Origin: Pyrinomonadaceae bacterium | Lineage (GTDB): Bacteria; Acidobacteriota; Blastocatellia; Pyrinomonadales; Pyrinomonadaceae | Length of the DNA: 64,000 nt | NCBI GenBank assembly: GCA_036006625.1 | Contig: DASYPN010000260.1 | Span: 295-64,294, forward strand | Direction of reading: 5' to 3' | Shown here: one piece after another, positions 44,648-52,393 of the stretch | How positions within the stretch are numbered: the stretch's first letter is position 1 | How the letters are laid out: each line of letters opens with the position of its first letter | Notes under the pieces: model-generated | What the model was told of the DNA's origin: nothing | The model's database searches: none | Seen by the model: only the letters and a program-made list of their open reading frames with translations | Program-made: the position numbers and the translations under genes

Positions 44648-45845
44648 ACAGTTCGTTTAGATATTTGGACAACACGGCGTCGTAGGAGAATTCGAGGGTG
44701 ACATAACGGTGGCCGTTTGCGGCCAGGGCGCGACGGACCTCCTCATGATCTTCGAGATACTTCAACGCCAGCCCAAACTCCTCACTGTTGCCAACAAACA
44801 ACCCGCCATCACACCGGCGAACATGATTCATCGTAACCGCACAACCCGCCGACACGACACTCGGCACACCACACAACCACCCTTCCATGATGACGATCGA
44901 AAAACTCTCATTCTCCGATAAATTAATGATCGCCTTCGAATGCTTGATGAGCTCGAGCTTCCTCGCCTCCGACACAAAACCATAATCGACAAAATAATCA
45001 TTGCGCGGCACAAGCGACTCATCACCGCCGCCGATAAACACCAGCTTCGTGCCTCGATGAAACTCCTTTACATACTCTCGAAACCATTCACACAGCACAT
45101 GAACGTTCTTGCCTCGCTCCTTGCGTCCGGCATAAATGAAATAGCTACCCGGCACGTCCGCGGGTCTCTTCGCAGACTGCGCACCATTCGACGGAAGCTC
45201 GACGCCGACACCCGTTACCACGCTCTCAACAATCCGGCGCCCAACTCGCATTCCGTATTGGCTGATCGTCAACTGCTTTTCTTCATGTGCGTTGAAGAAA
45301 ATGTGCTTCGAGTTTTGTAACAAGCGTTCGGTGGCAGACCAGTAAAACTGTGGCTCATCATGAAAGCATGGAACGACAGAAATCTTGCCCGCATACCTGT
45401 TCACGACCGAATGCGTTACGCCATGAAAATATGGCAGGGCAATGAGTTCGTAATCATCGCTTAAATAACTTCCCACTGCCTCAACCAGATCAGGACTGTT
45501 GATTCCGAAATCAAAGAAGTCGTTCTCATCACGCTCGGACAACTCCTTGCCGAGACTTATTTTCTTGATGACTGCGTCGTATGGTCCACGCGTCTTGCCA
45601 GTCGCAAAGCGAAGGGTCTTTATCCCCTCGACGTCGTAAGTGCCCGGTTGATAATGGTCCTGCCACCAACTGTCATACGGTGAACGCGAACACGTCGTGA
45701 ACACAATCGTCTCAACGCCACGCTTGTTCAGCTCGCGGCTCATAACTCTCGCCAGCAGTTCAGCGCCGCCGGCAAACGAGCCAAACCATGGCGTGATGAC
45801 GACGATTTTTTTTTGAACATCAAGTCCTGGTTGCAATGATTCCAT
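44634..45845 (-). CDS. Glycosyltransferase (GT1/GT4-like)
   Basis: I prefer ATG 45845 (MESLQPG...KKIVVITPWFGSFAGGAE). The C-terminal half has NESFSIVIMEGWLCGVPSVVS. Confidence 0.75.
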   Translation of the reverse strand: MESLQPGLDVQKKIVVITPWFGSFAGGAELLARVMSRELNKRGVETIVFTTCSRSPYDSWWQDHYQPGTYDVEGIKTLRFATGKTRGPYDAVIKKISLGKELSERDENDFFDFGINSPDLVEAVGSYLSDDYELIALPYFHGVTHSVVNRYAGKISVVPCFHDEPQFYWSATERLLQNSKHIFFNAHEEKQLTISQYGMRVGRRIVESVVTGVGVELPSNGAQSAKRPADVPGSYFIYAGRKERGKNVHVLCEWFREYVKEFHRGTKLVFIGGGDESLVPRNDYFVDYGFVSEARKLELIKHSKAIINLSENESFSIVIMEGWLCGVPSVVSAGCAVTMNHVRRCDGGLFVGNSEEFGLALKYLEDHEEVRRALAANGHRYVTLEFSYDAVLSKYLNELSNVL

Positions 45846-47541
45846 AGTCGGGGGCGCTATAAAACATGTCGTTAAATCGCTTGATAATCTCGCTGTCACC
45901 TTCAATCCTGGCTTCGTCCCAGGGACGCAACTTCAAAATCTTGATGTCGTGAAAGCCGCGCGCCTCAAGCAGGAACTGTAGCGTTTGACTCGGAATCGGA
46001 TGGCGATGAGTGGGATCAGCGTAAAAGTTGCAACCACCAACGAGGAGATTTTCCGGATTTGGCGTCTCGAGAATCAACAAGCCGCCGCGCCTCAACGTGC
46101 GTGCCATCTCATCGAGCAGGCTAATCAACATTTCAAACGGCAAGTGCTCGACAAGATGAAAACTCGTTATAGCATTCAGACTCTCCGGCGGCAGGGTGCG
46201 TAGATGCGTCAAAGCATCGGCTTGAATAACAGTTAGACCAGCGCGACGGCACTCATCAACAAATACTCTGTTGCGATCGACGCCCTGAACTTTAATGCCT
46301 TCGCTTTCCAGTAACTGCAACCATTCGCCGCGCCCAACTCCGATGTCGAGAACGTCGCCAGTGATCTGTGCTTCTTTTAGAATCGGAACATAGACCTGCA
46401 GTCGTCGCCGCACTTCGTCACGCTCACCGCGAAACTGATCTTCAAATGAGGCATAGAGACCGTCGAGCAGATGGTCTGATTCTTCCGCTGCGACCCGCAC
46501 AAAATTCGGCGAGGCTTCTCCATTGCGACTGACTTCTTCGAGCAAGATTCTCAGTCGTCCTTCCTGCGCGGCGAGTTCGTCATGCGCTCTCTGCTGGCGG
46601 AGGATTAGTTGCTGCAACTGCTCGTCGATTTCGGAACGAAGCTGCTGTTGTTTCGTGATTTGATCAACCAGCTCGGATCTAAGTTGCTGTTGCTGGGCCA
46701 GTAGTTCCTGTTTGTCTGCATCCTGTCGTTGACTGATAGCCAGTTGTTGCGCCTGAGTTTGAGTTGCTAAGTCATCGACGTAACGCCGCGCTTCATCAAA
46801 ACGTAGGTCGAGGGTCTTCACCAGTTCGTTGTGCCCGGCGGCTAATTCGTCGTGTTGTCGCAACGACAACTCTAGCGCCTGTTGTTGCTTTGTTACTGTT
46901 TGCACAGTCTCGAGCATTTCCCTTGCGAGCTGCGCGAGGGCACTTTTCAAATCTTTTTGGTGCTGATTTTGATGATCGACGATTCGCTGTTGCAGAGACA
47001 ATGAATATTGCTCGAATTGATTTTGATACTGCAGCGAAGCGGGAAGACGCAGGACAGTAATGATCATGCGAAGCAGGTAGCCGAGAACCGGAATGCGACC
47101 GAGACGCCTGATTGTTGCTGGAGTTGATAGACCGTCGACTGTGACGCCGCTCTGCCGCCCTTCGTGCGAGTAGTGCAAACTCGCGAGCACATCGATCTTA
47201 TTGAAACGGCCGCTGGCAAGGCTTTGCAGGTGGTAGGCCATGCCGGCTTCGTCGGGCTCTCGCAGTAAGAGCGCGCGGTAGGAGTTACGCACGAAGTCTT
47301 CACCGTGAAACCGTAATAGATCGTTGATGTGATATCGGTTATCGCGACTCGGTTGAAATGGAGGTTGTAGTGTTAGAGAACCGATTGGTTCCGTTGGCCG
47401 CGGAGCGACTGCCTCCTGCGGTGGTGATTGCCTGGTGACGTTTTGTCGTATCTCATGCATCAGACGCTCAACGTCCAGATCAGAGCTGCTGATGTGAAGC
47501 CTATCTGTCGACATTACGTCGTGGATTCTATCCCAAAACAC
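45820..47541 (-). CDS. DUF4214 / ~200-aa Gln-rich coiled coil / C-terminal class I SAM methyltransferase (candidate glycan chain terminator)
   Basis: FVRNSYRALLLREPDEAGMAYHLQSL; long heptad-like QQ-rich region; VLDIGVGRGEWLQLL. The start is either GTG 47541 or ATG 47514. Confidence 0.8.
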   Translation of the reverse strand: MFWDRIHDVMSTDRLHISSSDLDVERLMHEIRQNVTRQSPPQEAVAPRPTEPIGSLTLQPPFQPSRDNRYHINDLLRFHGEDFVRNSYRALLLREPDEAGMAYHLQSLASGRFNKIDVLASLHYSHEGRQSGVTVDGLSTPATIRRLGRIPVLGYLLRMIITVLRLPASLQYQNQFEQYSLSLQQRIVDHQNQHQKDLKSALAQLAREMLETVQTVTKQQQALELSLRQHDELAAGHNELVKTLDLRFDEARRYVDDLATQTQAQQLAISQRQDADKQELLAQQQQLRSELVDQITKQQQLRSEIDEQLQQLILRQQRAHDELAAQEGRLRILLEEVSRNGEASPNFVRVAAEESDHLLDGLYASFEDQFRGERDEVRRRLQVYVPILKEAQITGDVLDIGVGRGEWLQLLESEGIKVQGVDRNRVFVDECRRAGLTVIQADALTHLRTLPPESLNAITSFHLVEHLPFEMLISLLDEMARTLRRGGLLILETPNPENLLVGGCNFYADPTHRHPIPSQTLQFLLEARGFHDIKILKLRPWDEARIEGDSEIIKRFNDMFYSAPDYGIIATRT

Positions 47542-47545
47542 TTTC

Positions 47546-47595
47546 TATCCACAGATTACACAGATCGGTTGTGAAATCTGTGTAATCTGTGGATA
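47546..47595. repeat. Perfect 20-bp inverted repeat (family G-like) in the divergent intergenic region
   Basis: TATCCACAGATTACACAGAT (47546-47565) and ATCTGTGTAATCTGTGGATA (47576-47595) are separated by a 10-nt spacer. It could be an operator or another REP. Confidence 0.8.
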
Positions 47596-47607
47596 TGATA
47601 ACGACCG

Positions 47608-48894
47608 ATGGAACCTGTGCTGCGAGTTGAGGGTGTTTCGAAGCAGTATCGTATTTACGATCGCGCTTCCGATCGCCTCAAAGAGATGTTGACGCGTGGG
47701 CGATGGCGGACGCACCGCGAATTCTGGGCGCTGCGTGACGTCTCCTTCGAAGTCGAAAAAGGCACAACCTTCGGCATCATCGGCCCGAACGGCTCCGGTA
47801 AATCGACTCTACTCCAAATCATCGCCGGCACCCTTCAGCCAACAGAAGGCACAACCTCGCACGCCGGACGCATCTCAGCGTTGCTTGAGCTCGGCTCGGG
47901 TTTCAATCCGGAGTTTACCGGCGTCGAGAACGTTTTCATGAACGCATCGCTGATGGGATTCTCACGCGCCGAAACCGAGGCGATGCTCCCGGCGATCGAA
48001 CGCTTCGCAGAGATCGGCCAGTTCATCAATCAACCGGTAAAGACTTACTCGAGCGGCATGTACGTTCGCCTGGCCTTCGCCACCGCCATCAGCGCAATGC
48101 CACAGATCCTGATCGTCGACGAAGCACTCGCTGTCGGCGATGCGATGTTTCAACATCGCTGTCTGAGACGCATTCGCGAGATGCAGGAGAGCGGCATGAC
48201 GATCTTACTCGTCTCACACGATCCAAATGCCATTCGCGCGTTATGCTCGCGCGCTCTGCTGCTTCACAGCGGGCGGATGGAAGCGATCGGTAAACCTGCT
48301 GACGTTCTCAATCGATATCAGAAACTGATCATGGCCCGCGAAAGCGCGTACGAAATGACTGAGGAGGTTTCAGGCGAACCGCTGCAAGAGCTCGACACTG
48401 AAACGATTCCAAAACTCTCTTACACCTTCCGGCATGGCGACGGCCGCGCGGAAATCATCGCCGTCGAACTGCTCAATGCGGCGCACCAAAGGATCGAGTT
48501 TGTCGAATCGGGCGAAGAAGTTATCGTGAAAGTTCGACTTGTCTTTCATGACGACGTCGAAGCGCCTGTGTGCGGCTTCCTGATCCGAAACCGTCACGGC
48601 ATTCATCTCTACGGCACGAACACTGATTTGCAACAAGTAAACTTTAGCACGGGGCAACGCGGTGAGATTGTCGAAGTAAGTTTTGTTTTCTCGTGCTGGC
48701 TTGCGCCGGATACGTATTCATTGACGTTCGGAGTGCACAGCGTCGATGCAATCAGTTTCGACTGGCTCGACGGAGCGCTGTTTTTCCGCGTGATAAGCGC
48801 GACGGCTATGGAAGGTGTGACGAACCTTAACGCGACTGCTTCGCTGCGACGTGTTGGGATACGGCGGGCAACAGCGGAGACTGTAAAAGTGTAG
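47608..48894 (+). CDS. wzt: O-antigen/polysaccharide ABC exporter ATP-binding protein with a C-terminal Wzt_C-like glycan-binding extension
   Basis: Walker A GPNGSGKST; signature YSSGMYVRLAF; Walker B ILIVDEAL; plus a ~170-aa beta-rich C-terminal extension. Confidence 0.9.
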   Translation: MEPVLRVEGVSKQYRIYDRASDRLKEMLTRGRWRTHREFWALRDVSFEVEKGTTFGIIGPNGSGKSTLLQIIAGTLQPTEGTTSHAGRISALLELGSGFNPEFTGVENVFMNASLMGFSRAETEAMLPAIERFAEIGQFINQPVKTYSSGMYVRLAFATAISAMPQILIVDEALAVGDAMFQHRCLRRIREMQESGMTILLVSHDPNAIRALCSRALLLHSGRMEAIGKPADVLNRYQKLIMARESAYEMTEEVSGEPLQELDTETIPKLSYTFRHGDGRAEIIAVELLNAAHQRIEFVESGEEVIVKVRLVFHDDVEAPVCGFLIRNRHGIHLYGTNTDLQQVNFSTGQRGEIVEVSFVFSCWLAPDTYSLTFGVHSVDAISFDWLDGALFFRVISATAMEGVTNLNATASLRRVGIRRATAETVKV

Positions 48895-48899
48895 CCGCT

Positions 48900-49976
48900 A
48901 TGGAGAGTTTATCCTCAAATCCAATTACGCTCGAAGTTGAGGGACAAAAGGTCGCAAGGAACCTCGTGCGCAAGCGTTGGTTCCTGGTGTCGTTATTAAT
49001 TTCGACCTGGCTACCAATTGCATTTTTCATCTTCGTCGCTCCGTCTCGCGATGAGCTCAGTGGTTTCGCAGGCATCAAGGCAGTTTTCCTTTTTCTCGGA
49101 ACCGCTCACGTTCCGGCGACCTTGTTCTTCTATCTCGATAAAAACTTTTCCACGATCATTAAGAAGAATCCGGCGAGGTACATTTACGTTCCGATAATCC
49201 TGATCGTGATTACGGGTCTGATCTTCGCCTTCACAAATACAATCACGCAGGCGTTTGTCTTACTGGCTTACTGGGCATGGCAGGCGTTTCACTACGGACG
49301 TCAGAACATCGGCATCTACGCGTTTGCGTCGATAGCAGAAACGGGAACTGGTCCGCGCAAAGAAGAGAAGCTGGCTATTGATTTCGGAACTATCCTCGGA
49401 ATTCTCGGAACGTTCAAAATACTCGGAACGGCAGTAGCGCCGCTGTACCTGCACCGGGCTTTTGATGTCTTTTATCAGATCGGCTGGATAGCGTTCTTTG
49501 CTGTTCCGCTGTTCAGTCTTTTCGTCTACATAAAATTCTTTAAGAACACGACCTTCCTCAAAACCTGTCTTTTCTTTACCAGCGTATTCTTCTTTCTGCC
49601 TGTATTCATCTCGACGGACAACAACATCGGCTTCCTCAGTTATGCGATTGCACACGGTCTGCAGTACATCATCTTCATGACCGTGATCTCAGCGACTGCA
49701 ACGGGAGATCCAACGCCGTCACTTTCGTACAAGAGCATCGCGCAGCTTCTTGGTTTACTTCTGATCGTGGGTTTCGCGTTTTGGCGTGTGAACGATCTGA
49801 GAGACATGGAGATCGTTAAGAGCACGTGGGCTTATGCGCGAGCCGCGGACTTTCTGTTTGGCGGAGTTCTCGGAGCGACGATGGCCCACTTCGTCGTCGA
49901 CGCCGATGCGTGGAGACTCAGCATGGAAAGCCGGAGAGAATACATCAAGAAGCGGTTCAGCTTTGTTTTTGACTGA
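48900..49976 (+). CDS. Hypothetical polytopic membrane protein with four TM-embedded His motifs
   Basis: 358 aa with about 8-9 hydrophobic segments. Motifs GTAHV, WQAFHYGRQNIG, AIAHGLQYIIF and MAHFVVDADAWR. It starts 5 nt after the wzt stop. A spot count of plus-strand line 49501-49560 gives 40% GC. Confidence 0.6.
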   Translation: MESLSSNPITLEVEGQKVARNLVRKRWFLVSLLISTWLPIAFFIFVAPSRDELSGFAGIKAVFLFLGTAHVPATLFFYLDKNFSTIIKKNPARYIYVPIILIVITGLIFAFTNTITQAFVLLAYWAWQAFHYGRQNIGIYAFASIAETGTGPRKEEKLAIDFGTILGILGTFKILGTAVAPLYLHRAFDVFYQIGWIAFFAVPLFSLFVYIKFFKNTTFLKTCLFFTSVFFFLPVFISTDNNIGFLSYAIAHGLQYIIFMTVISATATGDPTPSLSYKSIAQLLGLLLIVGFAFWRVNDLRDMEIVKSTWAYARAADFLFGGVLGATMAHFVVDADAWRLSMESRREYIKKRFSFVFD

Positions 49977-51027
49977 TTACCTGCCGGTAAACCTCCAAGG
50001 TCGCAGCGGCTGCTTTATCCCAGGAAAACTTCGACGCATGCTGCTTCCCTTCTACGGATCGTTGTTCGCGCTCGTCGCCATTCTCTAACAGCCGCGTGAT
50101 GCTCCGTGCCAACTCATCCACATCAGTTGGTGAAACGAGAAGTGCGGCGTCTCCGACAGTCTCGCGGATACTCGGTATGTTGCTCGTGACTACTGGCGCG
50201 CCGCACGCCATCGCCTCGAGCAGTGGTAAACCAAATCCTTCATACAGCGACGGGTAAACAAACACCCGGCACGACGAATAAAGTGCTCGCAAATCATTAT
50301 CCGCAAGATAACCAACGAGCCTCACACGTTCCCTGAAATCTGCATTCTTTAAGAAGCCATGTAACTCACCTGTGAGCCAACCCTCGTCTCCCGCAATTAC
50401 GAGCTGCGTGTGACAAGCGCGGTTGCGGATTATTTCTCCAAAGGCGCGAACCAGGGTCAACAGATTCTTGCGCGGCTCGATCGTGCCGACAAACAAGATA
50501 AAGTCATCACTGATATTCAGCCGTCGTCGAACTGCTGCTGTTTCCGCCATGGGCCGGAACGAGGCGCGCGGTGCTTCCGGAATCACTGTGATCTTTTCTT
50601 CGTCGATCGCCAGGTGCTCACAGACTTCAGTTTTTATACTTTGCGAGGGAACGATGATCGCATCGGCTCGGCGCGCCATTAACGGCAGTCGCCAACGAGC
50701 GCGACGTGCAAGATGTTGAGCGTGTGTTTGCGGCCAGAGAAGAAGCGAAAGATCGTGAATAGTAACGACCGTCGGACACGTCTTCAGCAGGGGAACGCTG
50801 TAGTTGGTGCCGTGAAAGACATTGAATCCAGATCTTCTGATGTAACGCGGCAATCCCACCTGCCACCAGAACCGTCGACTTAGTCCGTTTAGACTCGGCG
50901 ACGGAGAAACCAACTCGAACCTATCATCCGGAGAGATCCGTGCGAGCGCCCGCGCCAACTCCAGTGTGTAATGGCCCACACCCGTCAAAGATTGATTCAG
51001 CGGCGTGCCATCCAGTCCGACGTCCAT
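49957..51027 (-). CDS. Glycosyltransferase family 4 (GT-B)
   Basis: EGFGLPLLEAMACGAPVVTS and FVGTIEPRKN. It overlaps the upstream plus-strand gene convergently by 20 nt. Confidence 0.85.
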   Translation of the reverse strand: MDVGLDGTPLNQSLTGVGHYTLELARALARISPDDRFELVSPSPSLNGLSRRFWWQVGLPRYIRRSGFNVFHGTNYSVPLLKTCPTVVTIHDLSLLLWPQTHAQHLARRARWRLPLMARRADAIIVPSQSIKTEVCEHLAIDEEKITVIPEAPRASFRPMAETAAVRRRLNISDDFILFVGTIEPRKNLLTLVRAFGEIIRNRACHTQLVIAGDEGWLTGELHGFLKNADFRERVRLVGYLADNDLRALYSSCRVFVYPSLYEGFGLPLLEAMACGAPVVTSNIPSIRETVGDAALLVSPTDVDELARSITRLLENGDEREQRSVEGKQHASKFSWDKAAAATLEVYRQVISQKQS

Positions 51028-51045
51028 ATTCAGGAGTATGGTTTA

Positions 51046-51097
51046 AAGCACAAAAAGCACAAGAAAATCTCCTGTGCTTTTTGTGCTTCTTTGTGGC
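51046..51097. repeat. Family B inverted pair (short)
   Basis: AAGCACAAAAAGCACAAG ... CTGTGCTTTTTGTGCTTCTTTGTGGC. Confidence 0.7.
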
Positions 51098-51108
51098 TGA
51101 TTGAAAAT

Positions 51109-52071
51109 TTAGAACCTGTTCAGGTACTCAGGTGACTCCATGAAACCGCGCACGATAACGTTCTCGATGTCTGACGGGTCGAAGCCCAGATTGAAGCGAG
51201 CATTGTGGAAGATGTAACCACACTGCGCCGGGTCAGGACTATTATGACAATCTTCCGGATCGCGACGCAGGAAACCGAAGTATTCCATCGTCACAAATGC
51301 CTGCTTGTAAAACTTGTCACTGACCTGCGTGCTCTCAGCAATGATGCGCAACACCTGCGCACGCGTTTTAGTACCAGCGTTCAGGTCTGCCACGAGCTGA
51401 GTTTGATTCGGGTTCGTCACGCCAGCAGTGTCCAGCAATGCCTGAACGAATTGAGCGTTCGATAAAGCACCGTACTTCGCCTGAATCTCGGCACGGAGCA
51501 TCCATGCATTAGCGAGATCGTTCTTTTTCTGCTCAGTCAGGGCGGGATCGTCATTCGGTGTCGAGATGGCTGCGAGATCCGACATGAACTCAGTGTAATG
51601 TGGACGGTCAACCTTTGATGTGTCGCTCAACTCAGCTACAGTTACCGGGCGTTGGCCAATCGATATCATGTAAAGGTACATCACGTAGGAACCCTTACGC
51701 TGGAACTCGGGCGAACGGAAGAAATTCGCCGCCACGATTCCCCGCAGTACCTTTCGGCACTCAGTATCCGTTGGCGCGCACTTGGTGTCGGGATTCAGGG
51801 TGTCGATATAAAACTGCAACCCTGCCGGTTCCGGAAAACGCTTCAGGAAGTCGATATACTGCTGCGACACAAAGAAATCAAAGTCATTAATAGTGATAAC
51901 TGTATTGGTACCCGGCCTCAACCTCAGTGGCTTGACCTTGATATCACCATAAAACAGCTCCGATGGGAGACCGGGTGTTTCGGTGACAATTCGCAATGTC
52001 GGCGGCGACTGGGAGTAACCAACGACGGAGATAAATACCGTCAGGAAAATTGTTGCTGCGAGCTTTCTCAT
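51109..52071 (-). CDS. Small secreted protein consisting mainly of the bipartite DUF4214 module
   Basis: I prefer ATG 52071 (MRKLAATIFLTVFISVVGYS signal peptide). FFVSQQYIDFLKRFPEPAGLQFYI..C-x7-C..EYFGFLRRDPED...SPEYLNRF. Confidence 0.7.
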   Translation of the reverse strand: MRKLAATIFLTVFISVVGYSQSPPTLRIVTETPGLPSELFYGDIKVKPLRLRPGTNTVITINDFDFFVSQQYIDFLKRFPEPAGLQFYIDTLNPDTKCAPTDTECRKVLRGIVAANFFRSPEFQRKGSYVMYLYMISIGQRPVTVAELSDTSKVDRPHYTEFMSDLAAISTPNDDPALTEQKKNDLANAWMLRAEIQAKYGALSNAQFVQALLDTAGVTNPNQTQLVADLNAGTKTRAQVLRIIAESTQVSDKFYKQAFVTMEYFGFLRRDPEDCHNSPDPAQCGYIFHNARFNLGFDPSDIENVIVRGFMESPEYLNRF

Positions 52072-52195
52072 ATTCAACTCCAAATATGGATCGTTTCTCT
52101 TGAGGGGACTGAGGCTAGGCGAGCCTTTTCGGCCGCTTGACCAAAAACTATACTTGCGCTCTAACCATTCTGTCAACACTGTTTAGCTCCTGGGT

Positions 52196-52285
52196 TTCTT
52201 TGCGCCCTTGCGTCTTGCTTTGCTGCTTTGCGTGGAAAAAGAGTTTCACGCGAAGGCGCGAAGGAAGACGCAAAGGCGCAAAGAA
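52196..52285. repeat. Family I nested palindrome (TTCTTTGCGCCCTTGCGTCTT ... AAGACGCAAAGGCGCAAAGAA)
   Basis: 21-nt arms with 1 mismatch, plus an inner CTTTGCGTG..CACGCGAAG hairpin. Confidence 0.75.
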
Positions 52286-52393
52286 CAAACCAGATTAGGA
52301 CACCAAATGGACCCGGAAATTAGCCTTTTGATGCTCCATCCCGGGCCATGGTCTGAAAATTTTACGGTTCCGACCGCAGTCCTCCCAAAGTAG

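Noticed and set aside
30437-52071. Calling the glycan region a mobile genomic island.
   Set aside because: I see no integrase, transposase, tRNA attachment site or flanking direct repeats. Only the lower spot-counted GC and the bordering TA pair point that way, so it is reported as a hypothesis and not as a mobile_element feature.
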